Part shown: positions 29,454 to 39,292 of the stretch, one piece after another
Layout of the letters: each line of letters opens with the position of its first letter
How positions within the stretch are numbered: the first letter of the stretch is position 1
From: an uncultured Armatimonadetes bacterium
GTDB lineage: Bacteria; Armatimonadota; UBA5829; DTJY01
Assembly (NCBI GenBank): GCA_963717145.1
Contig: OY970325.1
Span: 2,464,001 to 2,528,000, forward strand
DNA length: 64,000 nt
Direction of reading: 5' to 3'
Position numbers and translations under genes: made by a program
The notes under the pieces: model-generated
Seen by the model: the letters and a program-made list of their open reading frames with translations, nothing else
What the model was told of the DNA's origin: nothing
Databases searched by the model: none

Positions 29454-32237
29454 CTACGTCGGCTTGCCGGTGTAGAGGATCTGCGGGCTCACCGGTAGCT
29501 TGGGCGCGATCGGGAGCGGCCTGCCATACTCGTCCGTCCTGAGCGCGGTATACACAGTCCCGGCCTGCAGGACCGGATGGGAAAGCAGGTCGTCGTATAT
29601 GATCGTCAACCCCTTGCGCCTCTTATAGTCCGTATCGTTCGGATCGAGCGACGGCCGGTAGTCCTTCGTGGACTCAGCGGAACTCCCGTGATGGTCCGGG
29701 ATCCAGCCCCATTTTTCCATCCATGCGCTCGCGTCGCCAACGGAAGCCGGCATGTTCTCACTGATCGCGCCGTACACCGTGACTCGCACATCGAGCGGCT
29801 GACCGTAGTACGGCCACCTCTCCTCGATCCCAACGGCTGAGGCACTGCGACGCGTACTGCCTTCGACGTCGTCGGGGTCGGGATTGAACCACTCGCCCGG
29901 GATCACGAAGAACGACTTGTTCTGGGCATACATGATCGCTTCGATGCGGATGTCCATCGGCTGTATGGCCGCGCGGGATACGTAGTAGTCCTGCGGCGCC
30001 ATCGGAAGGCTCTGGCTCTGATCGAGTTGGAAGCCTATCCTGTTCTCCGCACCGGGAATCACATTGAAATTGTACGCACCGTTCGGAGTCGGCCAGAGGC
30101 CGAATACCTGGTGCTCCCAGCTTTCGTACTGCTGGATGGCGTATCGGTTCGGCCACACGACCGGATCGCCGAGCGCATAGATGTATGATGTCGGCAACGG
30201 CAGGTTGAACTGATAGAACGAGTAGAACGAGTTCCCGGCCAACTCCGTGTCGGTCGGCGGCCAGTTGACGAGCATGTTCACGTAGCTCGCGCCACCTGGA
30301 GCGGCTGTATGCCGAACGAACAACTCCACGGACCGGTTGTACATAGTCGGGTCCTCGCCGAACGCGAAGTTGAACCAGAACGCGGATGTGGACGACACGT
30401 CGAAGAAGCCCGATCCCGGTCCGGGGAACGGCACTTCCTTGAGCGGGGCGAAGAACTTGGTCGTGTTCACGCAGACGTAGTCATCGGCCAGCAGCGCGAT
30501 CGAGCAATTGGGATCCGCAACGGTGGGAGTCTTCGGGTCGCGATACTTGAGGATGTTGCCATCGACATAGATCGTGCGTCCCGATACGACTGTGAGTCTC
30601 CCCAGATTGGATTCTGTGTCCAGGCTGCCATCCTTCCTTCGCGGGCATGGCGGAAGCATTCCTTTGATGTGGACATTCCCCTCGGCGAAGAGGACGCCAT
30701 TCTTCGGATAGGGCATGATGATCTGCTCGCCGCTCGCGGGCAGAGGATTCCCGTTCATGTCCTTCCAGATATACCGGGCGCTCTCATCTCTGGTGATGAT
30801 CATATCGGGACCATCGGCCGGGCCGATGTGCTTGGGATCCGAATCATCGAGATCGTAGGGGAACAGCTCGACCGTTATGCCGGGCGGATCGTAGTACGGC
30901 CCGTGCCAGTACTGGGACGACCCCGGCTGAGTCCAGTCGGCGCGCATGGTATACCCGACGCTCTCGGTCTGAACGTCGCGGCTGTTGTCGATGTAGATGC
31001 CGTCGCCCCAGCCCCAGTAGCCGGTGTTGTACCATGTGACGACTCCGCTGCCGTCGGTGTAACTTCGCCACTCGCCGGAGTTCCGAGTGAGTTCACGGTA
31101 TCGGCTCAACCGTCCGGCGACACCGACCGAGTCGAGGTTCGGCGGCTCGAGACGCAGGATCTCTCTCGGCCGGCCATAGATGTCTCCGCCCTGATTGCCG
31201 TCTCGATACCAACCGAGTTCGCGATCGGATACGAGAAGTGCCGGCGTAGTCAAACCCGGAGCTGTATTGAAAATCGGCTGGTTGCTCGCATTGACCGCGT
31301 TGCTTTCCTCCGCCTGGAAATCGGCGTATCCGGGCGTGCTGACTATCACTTCTGTGGCGATCGATAGCTTCGGGTCGCCCATCGAGTCCTCATGGCGGAT
31401 ATCGCCTGCCACCTCGACGCCCTGACCTCTGAGCGGATCGAGCCAGATGATGTTGCGGCCATGCCAGATCAGATCGCCGTTCACGCGGATCGGCGCTCCG
31501 TAGACCTTTTTGTTGCTCTGTGCGTCTGTCTTGAGTTCACCGAACTCCGTGATATAGTTGGGAGCGCCAAGTGTCGCGGCCGTCGGAACGCGGTCTTTGT
31601 TCGTGATGAACCGCGCGTAGTCCGTGATGGCGACCGGCTTGTAGGCGACGAGTTCCTTGCGAAGCCTGATCGGCTGCTTGTTCTGGTAAGTCGTCGGATC
31701 GTTCACATCGACTACGCCCATGCGGCCGACCGTGTCGATCCTGATGAACTTCGACATCGGGTCATCCGGCCTGGGCTGGTAGGATACCTTGAGGAGGAAC
31801 CGTCCCTTGCCATATGTATAGCGGCTGTAGCCCTGCATGAGCCACGTGTAATCGGGATCGCTGGGGTCCGGAAGCTGATTGGCCGCCGGAGCAGGGCCTA
31901 CGCCTTCCAGGTTCTTCACCAGTTCGGGATACTCCGGCACGGGACGCCAGTCGGCGCCGTCATCGCTGTACGTAAGTTGATGGTCGGCGTACCGGATGCC
32001 CGCTTCGGCGAGATACTGCACGCTGAGGACCTCGCCGCTCTTCTGTGCCCGCATGATATTCCGCCCGACGATACCGATGAACAGCCCGCCGATGAACACC
32101 ATCAGGAACATGACCCCGAGCGCCAGGAGCAGCGACTGGCCTCCCTGGCCTCGCAGTATCTCGGCCGGCCCCCCCTCGCCCTTCCGAGGGAGAGGGGTCA
32201 GGGGTGAGGGTCCGAATCTATCGTCTGTTCGCATCAT
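29454..32237 (-). CDS. Giant PilX/GspK-like minor pilin (927 aa)
   Basis: G|QSLLLALGVMFLMVF hydrophobic helix lacking Glu5; QYLAEAGIRYA PilX-N motif; overlaps stop of upstream gene. Confidence 0.8.
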   Translation of the reverse strand: MMRTDDRFGPSPLTPLPRKGEGGPAEILRGQGGQSLLLALGVMFLMVFIGGLFIGIVGRNIMRAQKSGEVLSVQYLAEAGIRYADHQLTYSDDGADWRPVPEYPELVKNLEGVGPAPAANQLPDPSDPDYTWLMQGYSRYTYGKGRFLLKVSYQPRPDDPMSKFIRIDTVGRMGVVDVNDPTTYQNKQPIRLRKELVAYKPVAITDYARFITNKDRVPTAATLGAPNYITEFGELKTDAQSNKKVYGAPIRVNGDLIWHGRNIIWLDPLRGQGVEVAGDIRHEDSMGDPKLSIATEVIVSTPGYADFQAEESNAVNASNQPIFNTAPGLTTPALLVSDRELGWYRDGNQGGDIYGRPREILRLEPPNLDSVGVAGRLSRYRELTRNSGEWRSYTDGSGVVTWYNTGYWGWGDGIYIDNSRDVQTESVGYTMRADWTQPGSSQYWHGPYYDPPGITVELFPYDLDDSDPKHIGPADGPDMIITRDESARYIWKDMNGNPLPASGEQIIMPYPKNGVLFAEGNVHIKGMLPPCPRRKDGSLDTESNLGRLTVVSGRTIYVDGNILKYRDPKTPTVADPNCSIALLADDYVCVNTTKFFAPLKEVPFPGPGSGFFDVSSTSAFWFNFAFGEDPTMYNRSVELFVRHTAAPGGASYVNMLVNWPPTDTELAGNSFYSFYQFNLPLPTSYIYALGDPVVWPNRYAIQQYESWEHQVFGLWPTPNGAYNFNVIPGAENRIGFQLDQSQSLPMAPQDYYVSRAAIQPMDIRIEAIMYAQNKSFFVIPGEWFNPDPDDVEGSTRRSASAVGIEERWPYYGQPLDVRVTVYGAISENMPASVGDASAWMEKWGWIPDHHGSSAESTKDYRPSLDPNDTDYKRRKGLTIIYDDLLSHPVLQAGTVYTALRTDEYGRPLPIAPKLPVSPQILYTGKPT
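32169..32210 (-). repeat. CCCTCACCCC...CCCTCTCCC...GGGCGAGGGG palindromic element inside the coding region
   Basis: Translates as PSPLTPLPRKGEG within the prepilin leader. Confidence 0.7.
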
Positions 32238-34177
32238 TGTGCTATGTTCCTCAACCTCACCTTGTTGGTGAGCTGTATGGCCTGAGGTTTGCCGGAACTC
32301 GGGTCGTATATCCTGATGCCCATGATGACGCTCATCAGGCTCTTCGTGACGTAACTGGCGCGCAATGTGTCGCCCTTCTTGTTGTTCTGGACCTCGTAGT
32401 AGACGTACACGGGATCCATACCGGGTTTTCGCGGAGGAATATCCTCCGTTCCGGGCGGAAGCTCGACTCCCGAACCCGGCTGCTGAGTCTGATACGAATG
32501 GAAGAACAGGCAGGCGAGTCCGGGCTTGGCAATCGGATCTCCGTTGTTATCGACTGCCTGATAGTCAGTATCGAGTTGGTACTGGTTGAGTCCCGGCTCG
32601 TACAGGTAGCTCGGCACCCGGCCGTATCTGATCGGCCGCCTGTAGTTCAGACCCGGAGCGGAGTCCGGCGCGACGACCCGCTCGGAGCCGGGGACGACAG
32701 TGGACAAGGCGATCGGCGACGGTGTGGTAGTGTAACCATCGGCCGTGTTCGGCGACGGATCGTTAATGAAGAGCGAGCGGTAACGGTCCCTGAAGCTGCC
32801 GGTATTCTTGTAGTTCAGGTTGATCTGATCTGTATTCGCGATCAAGCTGACCGCCATCTTGCCGGTCGGGCCGCTCAAGCTGTCACTCGCCGAGATATTC
32901 ACGACCGGGAACGCGAAGTCCACCGTGCCTCTGGTCTCATCGATGGTGAAGGCCAAGTCCGGCTTGGTTGATGGAAACTCCCCGACGCCATACTTGTACC
33001 CGCCCCAATTGGGCGCATCACTGGGCCGCCCGGTCTTCGTGGCGAGGTAATGAGATATGTTGAAGATAGGATCTCCCGCGGAATTGTAAAGGATGCAACT
33101 GTGTTCCGCAATGCAGCGGTCCGCGGATGGAGCCGGACGAATAGCCCTATAGGTAACGCTGACGGGATTGCCGCTGTTGTCGTCTCTCTTGCCGGACAGG
33201 GTGACCTCGATCGGCGTCGTCCAGTAGCCGTATGTCGCCTTGTAGACGGTCGGCAGCGGGCTTCCGTGCTCCGCGTCACCGCCGAAATCGGAGGTCGGCA
33301 GCAGCGGATCGTTGTAGACCGCGGTCGGCATGAACTTGACGGTCGGGGTCAAGACCGGTTGCCCCGCCGCGTTGTATACCGGCGCGCCGCTCTGGAACTC
33401 CTGCACGATCAGGTCGACATTCTCCAGGGACACGACCGGGCGGCTGATCTTCCTCCAGGCGGCGGAATACTGTGGATCGTAGAAGAAGTTGGGATTGCGC
33501 ATATTCTCAGCGAAATGTGCGGCATCGGGATACTGGAAAAGCTGTGTAGCAGGATCGGGAGTGGCGTCGAACGGGCTGAACTCGGCCCTGTAGAGGACGT
33601 ACATGTTGTCCGCACCCTGGCTGAACTTGTTGGTATATCCATTGGCGTAAGGCAGGCTCGGATCCCTGAGACCGATGAAGTATCGCACGATGAGCTTGTC
33701 GGCGGCCAGCGGTTGTGCCGGCCTGAGTTCGAGCGGGGCTCCACAACCCTGAGCCGGGCAGCTCGGGATCGCTTCATCAAGCTCGGGCAAATCGGGATCA
33801 TGGCGCATGAACTCCCTCGTGGTGTTGCCGTGGGTAGGGCTGGTGCAGTATGCCCGCATCTTCGGCAGCACGATATCCACCTTGGCGTACAGCACCGAGA
33901 CGTTTGTCAGGCTGCCACTGGCGTCGATCATCGGGAAGTTGATCGGCTGGTTGGTATTGTCATAGATGAACATGGCATCGGCGAGTTCGCGGCTGACCTG
34001 TTCGAGCGCGAACCGGGCGTTGTCCTGCGCGCGGACCATGACCTCGGCCCGACGCGTGAAGTTGAAGGTCGAGATGACCGGCCCGAAGACGAGCCCGAGG
34101 ATTATGATCGTGAGCGCGATCACCACCAGGATCTCGACCAGCGTGAACCCTTTTCGGTTGTTCATCGTGTATTTCAT
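32234..34177 (-). CDS. Giant PilW/GspJ-like minor pilin (~647 aa)
   Basis: RKG|FTLVEILVV; AQDNARFALEQVSREL; C-terminal LTNKVRLRN; alternative starts 34183 and 34165. Confidence 0.85.
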   Translation of the reverse strand: MKYTMNNRKGFTLVEILVVIALTIIILGLVFGPVISTFNFTRRAEVMVRAQDNARFALEQVSRELADAMFIYDNTNQPINFPMIDASGSLTNVSVLYAKVDIVLPKMRAYCTSPTHGNTTREFMRHDPDLPELDEAIPSCPAQGCGAPLELRPAQPLAADKLIVRYFIGLRDPSLPYANGYTNKFSQGADNMYVLYRAEFSPFDATPDPATQLFQYPDAAHFAENMRNPNFFYDPQYSAAWRKISRPVVSLENVDLIVQEFQSGAPVYNAAGQPVLTPTVKFMPTAVYNDPLLPTSDFGGDAEHGSPLPTVYKATYGYWTTPIEVTLSGKRDDNSGNPVSVTYRAIRPAPSADRCIAEHSCILYNSAGDPIFNISHYLATKTGRPSDAPNWGGYKYGVGEFPSTKPDLAFTIDETRGTVDFAFPVVNISASDSLSGPTGKMAVSLIANTDQINLNYKNTGSFRDRYRSLFINDPSPNTADGYTTTPSPIALSTVVPGSERVVAPDSAPGLNYRRPIRYGRVPSYLYEPGLNQYQLDTDYQAVDNNGDPIAKPGLACLFFHSYQTQQPGSGVELPPGTEDIPPRKPGMDPVYVYYEVQNNKKGDTLRASYVTKSLMSVIMGIRIYDPSSGKPQAIQLTNKVRLRNIAQ

Positions 34178-34189
34178 CGTCATCCAACC

Positions 34190-34254
34190 GTAGTGGCCGT
34201 GCCTCTGTGCCGGCCTTCCGCCTGATGTGGCCGGCACAGAGGCGCGGCCACTAC
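34190..34254. repeat. GTAG-type REPIN copy 2
   Basis: 26-bp arms, one G-T mismatch. Confidence 0.9.
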
Positions 34255-34261
34255 AGGATCA

Positions 34262-36097
34262 TCAATCTTGCAGACGCATCAAGTACGTCTGAAGATCGAC
34301 CTTTCGCCACTGGCCGCCGTTGAATCCGCGGCCACCCTCGCGCCAGATCACCCTCGTGCCTACCGACACGCCGTATACCTTCGCGATTCGGATGATCTCG
34401 ACATCCGTCACGTTGGCTCCTCGAAGCCTTGCGATTCGAACCACGGGGTCAATGTAGCATGTGCCAATGGCCCCCGAGGCCAGCGAAGTCTGGTACGTGT
34501 CGCCTATTGCGTTGTGGTATTCGTAGTTGCTGCCAACCTTGATGCGATAGGTGTAGTCGAGCGCAACACTCATGCCGGAGTAGCACCTGGCGAAGTATAT
34601 CTTGTCACTGAAATACGGGACATCGTCGCCCGCCGTGTTCTCCGACCCATACCACTCCCGATAGTCGAGTGCAGTCGTCGAACCGGTTCCCAAATTGTAG
34701 CTCCGACGGTACGTCTCATAGGTCTTGAAGACCTGGAGCCCCCAGTCGCCCTCGGCGCGGTAGTAGATGCGGAACGTCCGCCCGGCCATGCTGCCGTGGA
34801 ACCGAATGATGCCGTCCTTGTAGTTCACGGCCATGATCGGCAGACCATCGACTGGACTGATGCTCGCCTCGTTGAACCACTCGCCCGTCTGGATATCTAT
34901 CGCCAATATGCCGAATTGAAGTGCGGGATCAGGCGACAATCCCGCGTAGTTGCTGCCATCCATCTCGACGGTGGGCGCCTGGTTCGGATTGGCCACGTTA
35001 GTCGGTCCGACATTCTTGATGAACCGGAGGGTCAGTTTTGCATCGAGATCGGTCTGACTGGTGATCAGCGCCTGCTCGGGGATCTTCCGCTCCTCGCGGA
35101 TGATATGCCAGTCGAGCACGTCGTAGTCGATATAGGCGGTCAACTGCACAGTCCCCCATGCCGTGACTTCCTCGTAACCGTGACCGGCCGGGTTGAAGGC
35201 AAGGACGCCGCGGACGTTGTCGAGGACCTTGTACTGGTACGGGTTGTCCGGCGACCAGGGATCGCCGATATTGAGAATCTCGTCGAACTTCCTGCTCACC
35301 GTTTCACTGCCCGCATCGATGCCGACAAATCCGGTCTCGTCCTTCACATGCGGCGACAACCCGGATGGGATCTCCACGATACCCATGTCGGATGGGCCGG
35401 TCAAAGCCGGAACAGGGACCGTCACGCTGAGGACCGGCCTCAGTTCGGGACGGCCACTCGCATTCTTGATCCAGTACGAATACGATATGACGAAATTGCG
35501 ATCATAGGTCATCGGCCGAACGTAGAGAAGGGCCTCATCGTAATCTATCGCGTAGTCCGAGGAACTCCTGATCCTGTCCTCAGGTACATCCCGTCTTCGC
35601 ATCGGGCCGCTTCGGACCTTGATGGAATCGGTCCCGGTCCACTCGATCGGGCTGAAGTTCAGCACGTACATCGAGATATCGCCCCATGCCGGTGTGGACA
35701 TGGGCGCGGGTATCTTGGTCGACTCGCTGTATATGCGGCGGAACTTGTTGACGTCCGAATAGTAGTAAGGATTCGCGCCACCGGCGGCGACCATAGGACC
35801 GAGACCGGGCAGTTCGCCCATATCCTCGGGATCCATGTCGATGAGTACGGTGCCCGTCACGATGTCATAGCCCAGGATGCCGGCCGGGAGATTCGCGGTC
35901 GTACCCTTGAGTCGCTCCAGTTCGGACTGGGCCAGACGATTCGCGAGGGTGAAGTTCTCGCTCTGCTTGACGATGAAGAATCCCGGGGGAAAGAGGCGGA
36001 CGATAACCAGTATGCCGATCACGAATACTGCGAGCGCTGCAAGCACCTCGACCAGCGACATACCACGCTTATCCAGGATGTGAGTCCGAAGCCGCAT
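34262..36097 (-). CDS. Giant PilV/GspI-like minor pilin (~611 aa)
   Basis: KRG|MSLVEVLAALAVFVIGIL; ANRLAQSELERL; C-terminal V.W...DLQTYL. Confidence 0.85.
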   Translation of the reverse strand: MRLRTHILDKRGMSLVEVLAALAVFVIGILVIVRLFPPGFFIVKQSENFTLANRLAQSELERLKGTTANLPAGILGYDIVTGTVLIDMDPEDMGELPGLGPMVAAGGANPYYYSDVNKFRRIYSESTKIPAPMSTPAWGDISMYVLNFSPIEWTGTDSIKVRSGPMRRRDVPEDRIRSSSDYAIDYDEALLYVRPMTYDRNFVISYSYWIKNASGRPELRPVLSVTVPVPALTGPSDMGIVEIPSGLSPHVKDETGFVGIDAGSETVSRKFDEILNIGDPWSPDNPYQYKVLDNVRGVLAFNPAGHGYEEVTAWGTVQLTAYIDYDVLDWHIIREERKIPEQALITSQTDLDAKLTLRFIKNVGPTNVANPNQAPTVEMDGSNYAGLSPDPALQFGILAIDIQTGEWFNEASISPVDGLPIMAVNYKDGIIRFHGSMAGRTFRIYYRAEGDWGLQVFKTYETYRRSYNLGTGSTTALDYREWYGSENTAGDDVPYFSDKIYFARCYSGMSVALDYTYRIKVGSNYEYHNAIGDTYQTSLASGAIGTCYIDPVVRIARLRGANVTDVEIIRIAKVYGVSVGTRVIWREGGRGFNGGQWRKVDLQTYLMRLQD

Positions 36098-36329
36098 GAG
36101 CTTCACCAACTGTCCAGTCAAAAATAGAGCGCCCCTTGCGCGCGCTCGCATAGCCATTCTTCAGCTTAGCTCTGAATGGCAAGCGGTTGCACTAACCTGT
36201 AAAAAGTCGAAGGGCGCGTAGAATCCGCGATCTCTGCCTTGCCTGGAGGCCCCGTGTGCCTCATTTTTTCGACTATCCCAAGACGCGAAATGTTCCCTCC
36301 TGAGACGATGGAGAGAGCTTCAGAGGTCA

Positions 36330-37124
36330 CTACATCGCGTTCTTCCAGACATCCCACCACGTGCTGGTCGCCGGATCACCTGGATAGACCTGCGTCGTGG
36401 CAATCGGCTTCACATGTCCGTCCAGGAAGAGCACAAGCTCCATGCTGCCGGCCTGCACGACAGTGCCGCTCAACTGCCGGTGGTAGCTGCACCAGGTGAC
36501 CACCGTGTCCTCGGGCGGGATCTTCCATCTGAGCTGACGCATGAACTCGGGATGCAGCGCCGCCCACGCGGCGTTCGTGGCCGGCGGCGTCGGATCCTGC
36601 CAGACCAGCGAGTAGTGGACCTCGTATTGGGTGCCTGGTACGTTCCTCGGGACCTGGATGTCGTATGAACTGAACGGGTAGACCGGATAGGCCGCGCCTC
36701 CTATGCCCGTGCCCCGGAAGCCGCTCACCTGATTGAACAGCGGATCGGGTATGGGTAGGTGAGGCTGAAACTCCTTCTTGGTGCCATTCCGGGCCGCTAC
36801 CGGGCAGACGAGGATCTGGACAGCCTTGATGTACTCGGGGTAGAGCGAACGCGCCGTCCCGTTCACGACGCCGGCTACGTCCTTGATCTGCACACTCCCG
36901 GTGAGATTCGCGGGACCGCAGATGAAGTCGGGATACCTGCCCTCGTTCTGCTGGAACGACTTCAGAGCAGTCCATATCTGGCTCATGTTGTTGAGGCACT
37001 GGGTCTTCTTCGCGTTCTCCCTGGACGATGCGATCACGGGGAAAAGAAATGCCGCCAGCACCCCGATGATTGCTATGACCGTCAACAACTCGATTAGCGT
37101 GAAACCACTTCGTCTCTTCAGCAT
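36330..37124 (-). CDS. Prepilin-type N-methylation protein, DUF1559-like, with C-terminal H...DGHVK motif
   Basis: RSG|FTLIELLTVIAIIGVLAAFLFPV; C.NNM.QI; LFLDGHVK. Confidence 0.9.
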   Translation of the reverse strand: MLKRRSGFTLIELLTVIAIIGVLAAFLFPVIASSRENAKKTQCLNNMSQIWTALKSFQQNEGRYPDFICGPANLTGSVQIKDVAGVVNGTARSLYPEYIKAVQILVCPVAARNGTKKEFQPHLPIPDPLFNQVSGFRGTGIGGAAYPVYPFSSYDIQVPRNVPGTQYEVHYSLVWQDPTPPATNAAWAALHPEFMRQLRWKIPPEDTVVTWCSYHRQLSGTVVQAGSMELVLFLDGHVKPIATTQVYPGDPATSTWWDVWKNAM

Positions 37125-37156
37125 TCTAGGTTCCTCCATCGTCGGAACGGTCTGAC

Positions 37157-37996
37157 TCAACTCAGCCCGACGTAGTTTCTCCAGATCTCAATCAGTTCGT
37201 TGCCATAGAAAATCGTGATGATCGCGCCGGCGACCATCATCGGGCCGAACGGCACATAGTCCTTACGCGTCTTCTTGCCAATCGCGATGAGGCCGACCCC
37301 GATGATGCTACCGAGGGCCACGGCCAGGAAAAATGAGAGGAGCGCGTGGCCGAGAACCAGGTTCGCTCCGATCGCCGCTGCGAGTTTGACATCTCCGCCG
37401 CCGAGTGCCTCCTTCTTGAAGGCATAGTAGCTCAGAGTCGCTATCGCCAGGAAGATCCCGCCGCTGACCAGCATCCCGATTATCGACTGCAGCATCGGGA
37501 GCCCGTTCGCGAGCCCCGGAAACGGCAGGTGGTACAGCTCATAACCCTCACGCCTGAGCGCCAGGCCGATCACTTCGTGGCCGATGCCTATCACGATGCC
37601 GAAGATGCTGAGCTGGTCGGGTATGATCCAGTGATCCAGATCGATGCAGAACACAGCTATCAGGGACGCCCCGAACAGCGCGAACGCCACAAAGGTCAGC
37701 AGGTCGTACCCGTATACAAAATACAGAACCGCGAAGAAAACCGCTGTGATTAACTCCACGGTAAAGTAACGCCAACTGATCGGCTCTCCGCAATACCGGC
37801 ACTTGCACCGTTGTGCAAGGAAACTGAACAGCGGCACCAGGTCCCATGCCCTCAGAAGCGTATCGCACTTCGGGCAATGGGAAGCCGGCTTCATTATAGA
37901 TTCATCCCTCGGCAGCCGCCAGATCAGAACGTTCAGGAAGCTCCCGACGACCGCCCCATAGACAGACGCTATCGCTATCCAAAACCATTCGGACAT
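37157..37996 (-). CDS. pilD: Prepilin peptidase/N-methyltransferase
   Basis: GSFLNV, SHCPKC, CKCRYC, GGGDVKL, VPFGP. Confidence 0.97.
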   Translation of the reverse strand: MSEWFWIAIASVYGAVVGSFLNVLIWRLPRDESIMKPASHCPKCDTLLRAWDLVPLFSFLAQRCKCRYCGEPISWRYFTVELITAVFFAVLYFVYGYDLLTFVAFALFGASLIAVFCIDLDHWIIPDQLSIFGIVIGIGHEVIGLALRREGYELYHLPFPGLANGLPMLQSIIGMLVSGGIFLAIATLSYYAFKKEALGGGDVKLAAAIGANLVLGHALLSFFLAVALGSIIGVGLIAIGKKTRKDYVPFGPMMVAGAIITIFYGNELIEIWRNYVGLS

Positions 37997-38020
37997 ACGG
38001 GAATCCGCTCTTCCTAAGCT

Positions 38021-39247
38021 CTAGTTAGCCTGAGTCAGGTTCGTGATAACGGCCAGCAGCGGCATGAACATGGCAACGACAATGAAGCCAACCGCGCCGC
38101 CCAGGAATACGATCATCAAAGGCTCGATCGATGCCGTCAGGCTCTGCAGCGCGACATCTACCTCCGACTCATAGAAGTCGGCGATCTTGTTCAGCATCTG
38201 GTCGAGCGCGCCGGATTCCTCGCCGATATTGATCATCTGCACGACCATCGGTGGGAACAACTTGCTCTTCTGAAGCGGGTCACCGATCCGGTCGCCTTCG
38301 CGGATCCTTGTTCTCGCTTCAAGGATCGCATCGCCGATGATCTCGTTTGCGACAGTGCCGGCGACTGTTTCCATCGCCTGAAGGATCGGGACACCACTGG
38401 TCAACAGAGTGCCAAGTGTCCGCGAGAACCGGGCAAGGCATATCTTGTGGTTCAGCTTGCCGAAGACCGGCGCCTTGAGCTTGAACCAGTCGAAACTACG
38501 CCGGCCGATCTTCGTCTTGATGAACATCCTGAAAGCCGTGACGAACACCACGAGACTGATGATCATGATGTACCACTTGCTCGTGAGGAAGTGGCTGAAG
38601 TTCATCAGCATCAACGTCATCGACGGCATGTCCGTGTCCTTCATGCCGAGTTCCTTGAACAGGTCCATGAACTTCGGCAGGATGATGGTAACCAGTCCGA
38701 TAACGATGACGAGAGCGACCACCATGACGATACACGGATAGGTCATCGCACCCTTGACTTTTCGTCGCAGCTCCATGTCCTTTTCGAGGAACGTGGACAA
38801 TCTCTGCAGACTCTCCTCGAGAGCGCCGCCGACCTCACCTGCCCGAACCAGACCAATGAACAGGTTGCTGAAGATGTTCGGGTACTTGGCCATCGACTTG
38901 GAAAGCGTCTGTCCGGCCTGGACTTCCTGCTCGATATCAGCGATCACGCGGCGGAGTTTTGGGCTCTGGGTCTGCTCGCCGAGAACGTTCAAGCATCGAA
39001 CGAGCGAGACGCCGGCATCTACCATGGTGGAGAACTGCCGGCAGAAGATCGACAGATCGCTGAGCTTGACGTACCCGAAACCGCCGCCGGGCGATTTCGG
39101 TTTCGTGGTCTTGACCTGCTGGATCTTCATGACCACGTAGCCCTGTTCCTGAAGCTTGCGTGCCAGTGCGGCTTCGGTTTCGGACTCCGAAGCCCCCTGT
39201 CTAAGCGCTCCCGTGCTATCTTTGAATGTATAAGCAAAACTTGGCAT
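38021..39247 (-). CDS. pilC: Type IV pilus platform protein (T2SS F family)
   Basis: FCRQFSTMVDAGV, AGEVGGAL, IGEESGALD, IEPLMIV. Confidence 0.97.
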   Translation of the reverse strand: MPSFAYTFKDSTGALRQGASESETEAALARKLQEQGYVVMKIQQVKTTKPKSPGGGFGYVKLSDLSIFCRQFSTMVDAGVSLVRCLNVLGEQTQSPKLRRVIADIEQEVQAGQTLSKSMAKYPNIFSNLFIGLVRAGEVGGALEESLQRLSTFLEKDMELRRKVKGAMTYPCIVMVVALVIVIGLVTIILPKFMDLFKELGMKDTDMPSMTLMLMNFSHFLTSKWYIMIISLVVFVTAFRMFIKTKIGRRSFDWFKLKAPVFGKLNHKICLARFSRTLGTLLTSGVPILQAMETVAGTVANEIIGDAILEARTRIREGDRIGDPLQKSKLFPPMVVQMINIGEESGALDQMLNKIADFYESEVDVALQSLTASIEPLMIVFLGGAVGFIVVAMFMPLLAVITNLTQAN

Positions 39248-39292
39248 CGAAGATCACCTCCCACGCGGCATGCAAAGCCGGTGGCATTTTCC

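Noticed and set aside
36160-36329. Possible c-di-GMP riboswitch upstream of the minor pilin cassette
   Set aside because: No recognisable class I or II consensus; only a short inverted repeat
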